DNA of 64,000 nt, from contig JAPOYL010000011.1 in the NCBI GenBank assembly GCA_026706595.1, forward strand, positions 146,946 through 210,945, written 5' to 3'. The notes under the pieces are model-generated. The model saw only the letters and a list, made by a program, of their open reading frames with translations, did not search any database and was not told the DNA's origin. Shown here one piece after another: positions 52,991 to 62,088 of the stretch. Within the stretch, counting starts at the first letter, position 1. Every line of letters starts with the position of its first letter. Source of the stretch: Gammaproteobacteria bacterium. GTDB taxonomy: Bacteria > Pseudomonadota > Gammaproteobacteria > UBA4575. The position numbers and the translations under genes were made by a program.

Positions 52991-53021
52991 GGCAGATAGC
53001 CAACAGGAAAGCTGGTACTGA

Positions 53022-53030
53022 GGGGGGGGG
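53022..53030 (-). repeat. C9 homopolymer at autotransporter 5' end (candidate phase-variation tract)
   Basis: ATG AGT TTA TCA A(C9)T...; C10 would join ATG 53043 in frame to the ORF. Confidence 0.65.
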
Positions 53031-53191
53031 TTGATAAACTCATTTCAGAAAATATCCTCAGCACTCACCGGCTTGCTTGATAATGAGTGCAGGCTTGTCC
53101 ACGAAAGCTGTACGCTCGCGCCAGATTGAATCCAGCCAGTCGATCTAGAGGCCTGGCGTTCTTTCAGGGGATGATGTGCCATGGCTGGTTT

Positions 53192-53425
53192 TCATGAGGG
53201 GTTTTCGTTCCGGCTTCGGGACAGGGGCTGTAACCGGTCGATGACGTGCTTAAGGGAATCACGTATTTCAACCATGTCATCGACGGTGAGCTCAAGCGTG
53301 GACACGTGAAAGCCGCACTGCCTGCACTGGTAGCGCCGCCACCGGACATAGAGATGATGTGTGCGGGAGTTGACGCAACGCATCCCTTGTACGGGTTCGC
53401 AGTTCGGGCAATTCACAGTTGGCAA
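53192..53425 (-). CDS. Small zinc-ribbon protein (NrdR N-terminus-like)
   Basis: CPNC...V.SR......RRYQCRQCG...STLE. Confidence 0.65.
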   Translation of the reverse strand: MPTVNCPNCEPVQGMRCVNSRTHHLYVRWRRYQCRQCGFHVSTLELTVDDMVEIRDSLKHVIDRLQPLSRSRNENPS

Positions 53426-53929
53426 AATCGGCAGTGTGGCTCCTTGCGGGAATGCATGATGCCATAAAAGCCCGATACGTGGTTAACCCATCCCCGGATT
53501 GCCCGCCGCCGAGGTTGGAAAGGGTGCATCATGTGCAAGAGTCAGTCGGATGGGAAATCCGAGCGCAGAGGTGCCGGAACCTGGTTGATGCCTGCCCCGT
53601 AAGGATGATGGATTTCGTGTCGACACACAGCCAGATCCTTGACCTTTAGCCCGATCTCGTCAAAGAAGTCCAGGATCGTTGTGTGAGTGAGCAGATGCGA
53701 GACCGGACCGTGGCAGATCACGGGCATGGCACCCATTCCGCCCATGGTCGAAGACCAAAAAGAACATCTCGTTGAGCAATAGTTTCATCACCAGGGGTTT
53801 CGCTTCTGTCCCTCATCTGAACCCTGGTGCGGTCACTGCAGCAGCCGGATAACGCTATTTTTCAGCCTGTTGCCTGAAATTTGCACTAATTACAGGGGCT
53901 CTATTGGTTTCATGATCAAAAATTACTTG

Positions 53930-53958
53930 TTTACGAATTAGTAATTATCCTCTACACT
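53930..53958 (+). promoter_or_regulatory. Putative sigma70 promoter upstream of lipoprotein gene
   Basis: TTTACG-17 bp-TACACT in AT-rich DNA. Confidence 0.45.
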
Positions 53959-53965
53959 TCACCTC

Positions 53966-54093
53966 GTCAACACTACGAAAAACCCGGAGCCGGGTTACCT
54001 GCTGAATACAACACTTGTATAGGCGCAGGAAAACAGGCTTGTATTCCTTGCCTTGGAATAGGCAGGAACTTCCACTTTTTCGTAGATGTTGAC
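53966..54093 (+). ncRNA. Candidate structured RNA / leader
   Basis: GTCAACACTACGAAAAA pairs with TTTTTCGTAGATGTTGAC (one bulge) and encloses three internal hairpins. Confidence 0.4.
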
Positions 54094-54150
54094 AATGGCC
54101 CGGCACCTATGGCCGGAAACCTTCAATAGTCTATAGAGGATGGTGGGAGC

Positions 54151-55641
54151 ATGAATATGAGAAGTTTTCCAATTAAAATGGCCTCGGTGTGCCTGATGGC
54201 TATTTCACTCTTTATGTATGGCTGTGGCGGCGGTGGCGGCGGCAGTGACCCAGAACCAGGTGGCGAAGGAACTGGAGCTGAAAATGGAGAAAGTACAGCT
54301 ATGCAGTGCCCTGAAGGACAAATGGGCACATACCCAGACTGTATGCCAGCAGGTCCTACGGCAGCCGAAAGGGATGCAGAAGGAAAAGCGCTGGATAGTG
54401 CCATAAGTAAGGCTGTAAATAATACAGGGGCATTCCAAGATACAACGGATGCTACGATCACAGGGATTGTTACCAGTGGGATGCCTGCTAGCAATTCAAA
54501 GTTCGGGAAGTCCGATGAAGCACCCCACAGCATAGATGGTCGGAACGTCAATGTTTATGAAAGATCAAACGCGGGCCCGGCATCTACGGACCTAGTTGTG
54601 CTCTACAACGATAAGGCCGCAGATAAACCGACAGCATATGGAACCGTGTATCCAAATGCGGACAGTTCGACCATCGAGGGTATCAGTAGCATTAGTAGCG
54701 GTGTCATCACCTTTACTGCTGACACTGCGGCATTCTCAAGCAAGATCAAGGGCAATTTCTTTGACAGCATAGGGAATAGCCAACAGGGCAATACTGTTGC
54801 GGACAACGCCGAGACTGCAACCATAAAGGAACATGAACATAAAGGGATCTTTGACACGGTACCTGGGAAGTTCACATGTGGTGACGGTACATCCACTTGT
54901 AGCGCCAGTCGCACCGCTGCTGGTGTGCTGTCACTGTCAGCAGGGTGGACATTCACCCCGGACCCACAGGAAGCAGGGGCTGCACAGTACACCGTACCGG
55001 TAGCAGATGCTGACTACCTGCGCTTTGGTTTCTGGAAAAATACAGGAAAGAACGACAAGGGTGAGACCACCTTTACCGTTGACCCGCTATATGGTGGAAC
55101 AATGCCGATCAACACAAGTGAGCTCAGCCCCGCTCAGGGCACCTTGTATACCGGCACTGCCAAGTATGTTGGTAAGGCTACCGGCAAGTATGTCAGGAAG
55201 ACATTTACCTCGGATAATGATCCTGAGCACTACTTCCCGGGACAGTTCACAGCTGATGCGAGCCTGACTGCCTCCTTTGGAGGCGGCGGTATTGCGGCGG
55301 ACTCCCAATATGGTGTTGTAGGTAAAATCAGCAATTTCAAGGACGGAGATACAGCCATAGACAATTCCTGGACATTGGAGTTACAACGCGCTGGCTTTGG
55401 TTCTGGAGAGGATTCCCTTCATGCTACCAGTGGTGTGTTTTCTGGGATTACCGAGGGTGACAAAGCGCTTGAAGGCAACTGGGAAGGCCAATTTTTTGGA
55501 TCCGCACCTCAGCTAGATGCTGACACGGAAACTGATGGTAATCAGCAGGCCTTTCCTACAGGTATTGCTGGACAGTTCGATGGCCGCTTCACAAATGGAA
55601 GTGTATTGGGCTCCTTTGGAGCAGCACATCAAGACAACTAA
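54151..55641 (+). CDS. Lipoprotein with TbpB-like handle/barrel domains
   Basis: Lipobox FMYGC then Gly-rich linker; GTAKYVGKATGKY, GQFTADASLTASFG, GNWEGQFFG, VLGSFGA. Confidence 0.82.
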   Translation: MNMRSFPIKMASVCLMAISLFMYGCGGGGGGSDPEPGGEGTGAENGESTAMQCPEGQMGTYPDCMPAGPTAAERDAEGKALDSAISKAVNNTGAFQDTTDATITGIVTSGMPASNSKFGKSDEAPHSIDGRNVNVYERSNAGPASTDLVVLYNDKAADKPTAYGTVYPNADSSTIEGISSISSGVITFTADTAAFSSKIKGNFFDSIGNSQQGNTVADNAETATIKEHEHKGIFDTVPGKFTCGDGTSTCSASRTAAGVLSLSAGWTFTPDPQEAGAAQYTVPVADADYLRFGFWKNTGKNDKGETTFTVDPLYGGTMPINTSELSPAQGTLYTGTAKYVGKATGKYVRKTFTSDNDPEHYFPGQFTADASLTASFGGGGIAADSQYGVVGKISNFKDGDTAIDNSWTLELQRAGFGSGEDSLHATSGVFSGITEGDKALEGNWEGQFFGSAPQLDADTETDGNQQAFPTGIAGQFDGRFTNGSVLGSFGAAHQDN

Positions 55642-55960
55642 AATCTCTTGAAGGAACAAGAGGGGTGTTTGATGATTTCTCATCCCGCTTGTGCAGTGAG
55701 TAATCGAAGCTCCCAAATTTCGTTCGCTCACGAACCCGGGGCAGGTGCTAACGAACCTGCCCCATCTCTTTCCAGGAGCACGGGCATCAGGTCTTGGTAG
55801 AGTCAGCATCCTCCAATCTCCAGCAGCCCCTGCTCTCTTTCGAATAGACAAGGATAAGGAACATCAGTTGAATTCCCCGAATGATTCGCGGGCCTTTTGG
55901 GTCCGAGTGAAGTAGACATCACTCGGAGCTCCTGAAACACCGAGATCCAAGACAGTCCCG

Positions 55961-56215
55961 GTGTCTCACTTCCTAAGGATGTACATCTACAACATCAAAT
56001 CGGTCAATGGAAATTGCGTGTACACAACGCTCGCAACCGACACCAGTCATGCGCTTAGGGAGTTCTCCCGACAACTGGGCAAGTGCCTGGCACTCAACAC
56101 GACAGAAGACACCCGGCCAGCCTACATAATGGGCCAGCGGGTCATACAGGCTGGGGACGATGCGGCGGCATTGAACTTCGGCATCCGCGTGTACGATGTC
56201 ACCGGGCTTTATTAA
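55961..56215 (+). CDS. Hypothetical protein
   Basis: Short ORF, no recognised motif. Confidence 0.45.
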   Translation: MSHFLRMYIYNIKSVNGNCVYTTLATDTSHALREFSRQLGKCLALNTTEDTRPAYIMGQRVIQAGDDAAALNFGIRVYDVTGLY

Positions 56216-56512
56216 TGATCTCCTGAGGAGAGGGCTTCGAGGACCGTGCAAGGCATCTGTGCACAAAGCCTGGAACCACTTTACAGGCGATACGCAGAGG
56301 GCATGCTTGCATCTACACTCGGTGCCTCTATGCCATAGGAACGGAAATCGGCACATGAAAACCTGGTTCCAATAAGACTTGGTGCCCAGTGCTAGGAGAG
56401 GGCTGGCACTCATCGTGCAGGGTATCTCTCGCGGACAGGCAGCAGAAATGTGTCAAGTTGTTGAGAATAGCCCCAACCTCCCCGGATTCCTGATGCAAAC
56501 CCGTCCTAGACG

Positions 56513-57010
56513 ATGACTGTCCCCATGCTTCGAAAAGGATTTGCTGTGGTCGTCCTGACAATCCTGTCCGTGGCACCTGTCCAGGCGGTGAGTGAACCGC
56601 CCGAACCGGCACCCATCACCTCCCGGATCACGGAAGCTCGCACCTTGATCCTCTCCGGTCGCTTCGGTGAAGCCTTGACACGGCTGCGCCCCGTGGCTAA
56701 GGCGTATCCTGCCAATACGGACATCCATTTCCTTTTGGCCCTGTCGGCCATTGAGAGCTCCAGAATGGCGAAAAGCCCACAGGTGCAAATGGCCTTGCTG
56801 GATGAGGCGATCGCCGCACTCCACGCCATCCTGGTCGACCAGCCAGGCCTAGTGCGTGTGCGCCTGGAACTGGCACGTGCTTTCTTCTACAAGAGGGAAG
56901 ACCGACTGGCACGCATGCACTTCGAGCAGGTGTTGGCAGGCCAACCACCCGGGCCTGTAGTCTCCAACGTGCAGCGATTCCTTGCCAAAATCCGTGCCCG
57001 GCGCAACTGA
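56513..57010 (+). pseudogene. Truncated Slam (surface lipoprotein assembly modifier) / TPR protein
   Basis: Signal peptide and TPRs, P.LVRVRLELARAFF...D..A..HFE.VL....P..V..N..RFL..IR.R; stops where the beta-barrel should begin. Confidence 0.72.
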
Positions 57011-57208
57011 TTCGTGTATCCCAGTGCTGCTGTGGCTGCTGGGAAGCGAGTGCTGAGTACGTTGACATGGTTTCCCCGGTACCGAGCACTTTCCAGTACA
57101 GGGCTGACCTGGGGGCAGCGTCCCAGCCTCACATCCAGTAGAGACACCTGCCCTTTATTCTATTACAGTAGAGAAATACACAGGCATGGCTGATTAGAGG
57201 AAGATGCC

Positions 57209-57403
57209 ATGGGCAAAGGCCCGATTTCAAAACCGGTCAAGCGCATCAGCAAGGAGGCCCAGATTCGTCGCGACAAGATCCGCGAATGCACCGAGATCTT
57301 ATTGGCGTTCCTGATCGGCAGTGCGATTATGATCCTCGTGGTTGCCGTAGCAGGCCTTACCGTGTACTTCACCATTGCTGGCCTGATGACACTGTTGCAA
57401 TAA
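57209..57403 (+). CDS. Small membrane protein
   Basis: Basic N-terminus plus hydrophobic C-terminus; GAGGA RBS. Confidence 0.5.
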   Translation: MGKGPISKPVKRISKEAQIRRDKIRECTEILLAFLIGSAIMILVVAVAGLTVYFTIAGLMTLLQ

Positions 57404-57408
57404 CGGCC

Positions 57409-57495
57409 GTGCGCCAGGATTGGATGAACTGGACCATATGGATGGGCGATAGCCTGGATACCATACCGGGTATGGATAGGGCCGTGGAGCCTATG
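57409..57495 (+). pseudogene. Second degenerate 5' stub of N4/N6 DNA methyltransferase
   Basis: VRQDWMNWTIWMGDSLDTIPGMDRAV aligns with TIWTGDSLDIMRGMNSALV of the 40150-40320 stub. Confidence 0.55.
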
Positions 57496-57585
57496 CCATT
57501 GCACGGTAGAAATATTCACTTCCATACAGGCGTTAAGCCGAAAATCCACAGCAGAAAATCTCCCTCCCATATTGGTGATCGACCC

Positions 57586-57617
57586 GAAGGGCTGCCTTTG
57601 GCAGCCTTTCTGCTTTT
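57586..57617 (+). terminator. Putative intrinsic terminator
   Basis: GGCTGCC-TTT-GGCAGCC hairpin followed by TTTCTGCTTTT. Confidence 0.45.
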
Positions 57618-57885
57618 CCGGCATCAGAAGCACAGCATGCCAGCGGGACGACTGGCACTGACAGCTTCGGTGCAACTGGCGCACCCTTCGGGGATGGGCT
57701 ACAATTCAGGCGTGCCGGGTTACCCGCCAAATACAACAGCCTAGTTTCTGGTGATGGCCAGCCGTCTGCCAAAGCTTGGCAAATCGGTGGAAACCTCCTA
57801 TCTTTTTAGTAGCGTTAGCAATGGCCCGGCACCCACTGGATGCCGCCTCGCCATCATTGCTTCCGTCATACCCTTTTCATGGTCT

Positions 57886-58071
57886 TCACCGCTTGGGGTG
57901 CACGCATCTTCTCATAGCTATGAATAGGTGCTCCATACGCTCACGCTCAAAAGTAAATCTGTCGCACCCGTAGAGCTGGCCCACAGCACGGCCGAGTGCC
58001 TGATGTGTCCGGCGCAGGTCCGGCGGCATTAGATCGGGATCATAAAGAACTGCAAGCGTAGTACTTGGATG
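57886..58071 (-). pseudogene. 3' remnant of MmeI-type (type IIL) R-M gene
   Basis: TLAVLYDPDLMPPDLRRTHQALGRAVGQLY...ERERMEHLF matches the MmeI-family C-terminus. Confidence 0.75.
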
Positions 58072-58407
58072 CGGCTGTACGGGCACGTGCTTTGCTTCAT
58101 GACACCAGGCAGAGTACTCCAATTCATACAGTGTGGGAGGCAGTTCGTGAGTTAGAAGATTACTCATTGTAGAACTTTGGTTGCTACACCCGAAGCCAGG
58201 ATATGCCGTGTCGGAAAGTGTTTCAGTTTAGAGATTTCCGCAATTCTAGAAACGGGTTTCCGCAGTACTAGCCTGGCTCCTTGTACAGTCTTGTACCTTG
58301 GCATTATCTGCCAGAAAAAAAACGGACCCTGCAGGGCATGTAAGGCCCTAATGCAATCACATTAGAAGATCAATTGACGGAACGCTTCGGCCTGCTGCCG
58401 GGAAGTA

Positions 58408-58971
58408 TCAGTCCATAGGAATCCGAATGACCACGCCGCCCATCACATCATCCACGCTGAGATCCCGGCGCGGGGAATCCTTGTGGTTGTTGTGGCACTG
58501 GACACAGGCCTCCACGACTGCGTAATCGGGGTACACCGCACTGAAATAGCGCTCACCGCCGAGTTCCTCTTCCCCGTAGAAGTTTTCTCCCGGGTTATCG
58601 GCAACATGCTCAAGCCCCTGCCGCTCCAGGTCGGTGGCAGGGCCGTTCTTCTTGTTGATGGGATGCAGGGACAGCAGCGAATAGGAAAAATCTTCCGTGT
58701 TGTCCAGCACTTCCTCGGCCACGAATCGAAACATCTGTGAGGGCAGGGGCAGGCCGGCATCGTCTTCAAAGTGCTCTGAGGCAATCAGGACTTCCTCGTC
58801 CACGGTGAGTCGCTGGACCACGACACGGGTATAGATCTCGCGGTTGGCTGACATCACTTGGTACAGCATGTCCGTGACTTTCGCATAGGGGACACCCTCG
58901 GAGGAGCCCGCAGTTGTCATGGCCACGCCAACGCTCCACAGGAACCCGACCATTACTGCAATTCGCTTCAT
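58408..58971 (-). CDS. DUF3365 / Tll0287-like c-type heme protein
   Basis: Signal peptide, LPLP..MFR, YSLLS..PIN..N.P, single CVQCH, GGVVIRIP; GGGAG RBS. Confidence 0.85.
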   Translation of the reverse strand: MKRIAVMVGFLWSVGVAMTTAGSSEGVPYAKVTDMLYQVMSANREIYTRVVVQRLTVDEEVLIASEHFEDDAGLPLPSQMFRFVAEEVLDNTEDFSYSLLSLHPINKKNGPATDLERQGLEHVADNPGENFYGEEELGGERYFSAVYPDYAVVEACVQCHNNHKDSPRRDLSVDDVMGGVVIRIPMD

Positions 58972-59062
58972 GTTTTTTCTCCCGTGTGGTACACACTGGC
59001 ATTGTCGCTGAAATTTGTGCACGTCTTCAAGGTGTGCAGGCCACACATGGCACATATTTGCA

Positions 59063-60550
59063 TCAGTTCTCCGGTGCATCGGGGTTCGACCGGCTGCGCG
59101 CAATGGCCCAGTCGATGCTTTGCACGTGAACCCCGGGCTTGCCGGTAAAGTTCTTTCGGATAAGCCCGGGATCGGCAAGCGCATCCAGCGAAAAGCCGAG
59201 GCTGTGACAATCCAGGCAGACGCTCCGGATCATTTTCTCGTTGGGCCGCAGGTTGTCGTTCTGGTTGTGAGTGGTGCGCACCTGCCCGCGGTGTTCGAGT
59301 TTTGACATGTGGCAGCTCGCACAGCTGACGCCACTGCCGGGCGGGGCTTCACCGGCCCGCTCCAGTTTCCAGAGCATATGGTGGGGACTGTCGAAATAGC
59401 TGCGGGTGTGCAGATCATCGTGGCAGGATGCGCAGGCCTCGACCTCGGCACGGGTGGTATCCAGGGCATGCTCACCGTGGCAGCTGCCGCAGTCGATGGC
59501 CAAGGCGGGGTCCGCATCGGCACGCATGGGCAGGCGTGCTTCTCCCACGGTCATCCAGGCAGGCACGGCCGGATCGCTGAGCCAGCGGCTCATCGACACC
59601 GGCATGACCTGGGAGAGCCCGAGCCTGGCAAGGCTGCGCTGTGCATTTCTGGGCTTTGCGATGCCGGGGTGCTGGCGCATGCCGTGGCGTCCCATGACAA
59701 ATGTCTTGGCCTGCGGCTTGTGACACGCCATGCACACGTTCATTGGCGGGACATCGATCCAGTGTGCCAGCGCCTGTGTTTTCGGGGCATCCTCGGCGAG
59801 ATCTGTCGCATGGCAGCCGGTGCAGTTGACCCCGGCCCGTGCATGGCCGGAGTCTGCCCAGTGCTCCAGCACGTTTGGGACGGCCAGCGCAGCCGACGGT
59901 GCAATGGCATCGCCTGGCTTCAGGGCCTTGTCTGTGGATACCGGCCGGGCACGGTAGCGCGCAGCCAACCCGTGCACAACTGGGCGTGCCGGCTCAGGCT
60001 GCCCGGCATGTCCGAGCAGGAAGTCCTCAAAGAGCGCGCGGTTATCGTGGAAGTTGTGACAGCCTGCCGTCGCACAGGTCTCAAAGCCGAGGCCTGCGTG
60101 ACTGGCCCGGGTCGTGCGGATATCCTGCTCGCCTTTTGAGTGGCACGCCACGCAATAGTCCATCGCAACGGTGACCGCGCTGGCCCGCGTGATCTCCGGG
60201 CGGTGCTCGATGTGACAGGTGGTACACCGGCGGGCATCCAGCCTGTCCCAGTACTCCGCCATGCGCGGGTTGCGAAAGCGCTTGCGCGAGTGGCTGTCCT
60301 TGGCCGCCTTCAGCTCGTTCTCGTGACACTTCCTGCAGTTCTTGTTCAGCGTCTTTTCTGCAACCTCAGCATCTGCAAAGATGGAGCTTCCATGGCAGGT
60401 CTCACAGGCCATCTCCAGCTGGTGATGGGCATGCGTGGTTTGGCCGATCAACAGCATCCGCCGGTCGCCGCCCACGGTCATCGTCACGGCCATGTACACG
60501 GCACCCAAGAGGGTCACTGCCAGCACAAGCTTCAGGAGTCTGCCAAACAC
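59063..60550 (-). CDS. Multiheme c-type cytochrome (10 CxxCH + 1 CX4CH)
   Basis: N-terminal TM/signal; CETCH, CRKCH, CTTCH, CVACH, CATAGCH, CTGCH, CMACH, CGSCH, CASCH x2, CLDCH. Confidence 0.92.
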   Translation of the reverse strand: MFGRLLKLVLAVTLLGAVYMAVTMTVGGDRRMLLIGQTTHAHHQLEMACETCHGSSIFADAEVAEKTLNKNCRKCHENELKAAKDSHSRKRFRNPRMAEYWDRLDARRCTTCHIEHRPEITRASAVTVAMDYCVACHSKGEQDIRTTRASHAGLGFETCATAGCHNFHDNRALFEDFLLGHAGQPEPARPVVHGLAARYRARPVSTDKALKPGDAIAPSAALAVPNVLEHWADSGHARAGVNCTGCHATDLAEDAPKTQALAHWIDVPPMNVCMACHKPQAKTFVMGRHGMRQHPGIAKPRNAQRSLARLGLSQVMPVSMSRWLSDPAVPAWMTVGEARLPMRADADPALAIDCGSCHGEHALDTTRAEVEACASCHDDLHTRSYFDSPHHMLWKLERAGEAPPGSGVSCASCHMSKLEHRGQVRTTHNQNDNLRPNEKMIRSVCLDCHSLGFSLDALADPGLIRKNFTGKPGVHVQSIDWAIARSRSNPDAPEN

Positions 60551-60560
60551 GTGATGCTCC

Positions 60561-61742
60561 CTAGTAGAGATACACGGTCAAAATGTGCACGATCAGCAGG
60601 GCGGGCAGCGGGCACAGGGCCAGGGCGTGCACCCAGATCAGGACGCGCCGCGCTGCAAAGACCCGGCTCAGGCTGATCTGCTTAATCCGGGGAGCGCCTC
60701 CGACCACAACCCCGGTCAGTGCACCCGAAAGCAGCACGGTGAGGTAGGTGGCCATGAGCGCGGCATTCAGGTTATCGCCTAGGCGAAACCCCGTGTGCAT
60801 GAACAGAACGAATACGCAGGCGATGCCCAGGGCGAGGTGCGAAAGCCTCCAGCGGTGCGAACCCGAGAGCCAGACCAGCAGCTGCTTTTTGAGCGCAAGG
60901 GCGATCATCAGGCCGGTCAGGCTGAGCGCGAGCAGCAGGTAGCCGCTGAACTGCTTCCAGGAATCGTCAAACCAGAGCTGCGCAGGAAGCGAAGGGCCAT
61001 AGTGGTCCGGAATGCCGATGCCCGGGACCAGCAGGGTGGCGATTACGGCCGCACTGGCCACAAGGGCCAGGGTCAGCGTCAACTGCTTGAAGTGCGCCGC
61101 CTGGGCACGCGCCGCACGGATGATTTGGTCCTGGATCTCGCTGATGGTGCTGGTGAGTTCGCGACCGATCAGGTCCATCCTGCGCAGCAGTTCGAGTCTC
61201 GAAGCGGTCTGTTTGGTTTCCCACTCGGGAAACAGGTCGGGAAGGATCTGGCAGGCATCCACCAAGCTGATCAGGGCCACATCCCGCGGGTCCGGGATCT
61301 CATCGGAAACGACGTCCTCGATGCGCGACTTGACCGCCTGCAGGGGGGCCTCATCCAGGGTGGAGTAGCACACGGAGCGGAAGATCCCCAGAAAGCGGGT
61401 GTGCTGCCTTTCCAGGATACGGCGATTGACCAGGCTGTCCAGTGCCTGTTCACGGATCAGAGCGGCATCCTCGGTGGCCAGCACCCGTATCCAGGTCGGG
61501 GTATCGGTAATGTCCGTACGCACAGAAATTTTCTCCAGGACACGATCCAGCATGGGATTGCCCGTGGGCGTAGGGTCTGTGATTACGAGCGCCTGAAGGT
61601 CCGTATCGATCCGGAAGTCAAAGGCAAGGTCCATCAGGATAGCGCCCGCCAGGGCACATTCGAAGGCGTGTTCCTTGACGGGAAGAAACAGGCCCTCCTC
61701 GTCACCTAGCAGGAGCAGGAGTTCCTCTGTAAATGTCAACAT
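60561..61742 (-). CDS. GPP34/GOLPH3-like domain fused to a putative di-heme b membrane domain
   Basis: N-terminus LTFTEELLLL...ALAGAILMDLA...DPTPTG.P.LD...PDPRDVALISL; C-terminal TM helices with two H-x13-H pairs. Confidence 0.8.
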   Translation of the reverse strand: MLTFTEELLLLLGDEEGLFLPVKEHAFECALAGAILMDLAFDFRIDTDLQALVITDPTPTGNPMLDRVLEKISVRTDITDTPTWIRVLATEDAALIREQALDSLVNRRILERQHTRFLGIFRSVCYSTLDEAPLQAVKSRIEDVVSDEIPDPRDVALISLVDACQILPDLFPEWETKQTASRLELLRRMDLIGRELTSTISEIQDQIIRAARAQAAHFKQLTLTLALVASAAVIATLLVPGIGIPDHYGPSLPAQLWFDDSWKQFSGYLLLALSLTGLMIALALKKQLLVWLSGSHRWRLSHLALGIACVFVLFMHTGFRLGDNLNAALMATYLTVLLSGALTGVVVGGAPRIKQISLSRVFAARRVLIWVHALALCPLPALLIVHILTVYLY

Positions 61743-62088
61743 AGGCTGCCCCACTGGGGCTAGGAACACTCGGTAGGTGCCAGTGCCTGCGCAGGTTCAA
61801 TGAAACCGGGCATCTGAACTATCAATTGCTGCACGGGGTCCGGAAGCACGTACCATCTCATATCATCATCGCACTAGTGCTGGCTTACTTGATCAGGAAT
61901 ACACACGCCTGTCCTTCCATACTGGCTTAGTGTACACAGACTAGGGGTCTTGTAAACTCCCGATTGATCCCTATAGGGCCCTGAGCTTCTTGCTGTATAA
62001 TGCCTCTCCAAGTGACAAGTGAATAGCCATTGTTGCTTACAATCCATGTACTATCATTATTGAACCAGAACTACTGAGCATTAGATTT

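Noticed and set aside
53430-53800. Possible decayed gene upstream of the zinc-ribbon ORF
   Set aside because: Short ORFs in several frames, none with a recognisable motif.
57011-57140. Hairpins downstream of the truncated Slam as an ncRNA
   Set aside because: Stems are short and imperfect, with no promoter or family signature.
59063-60550. Calling the multiheme protein NrfA or HAO
   Set aside because: It has no CxxCK motif, and heme number and spacing do not match; function left unassigned.
62030-62070. Fur box upstream of lipoprotein gene
   Set aside because: Only a half-site-like TATCATTAT in AT-rich DNA; insufficient support.
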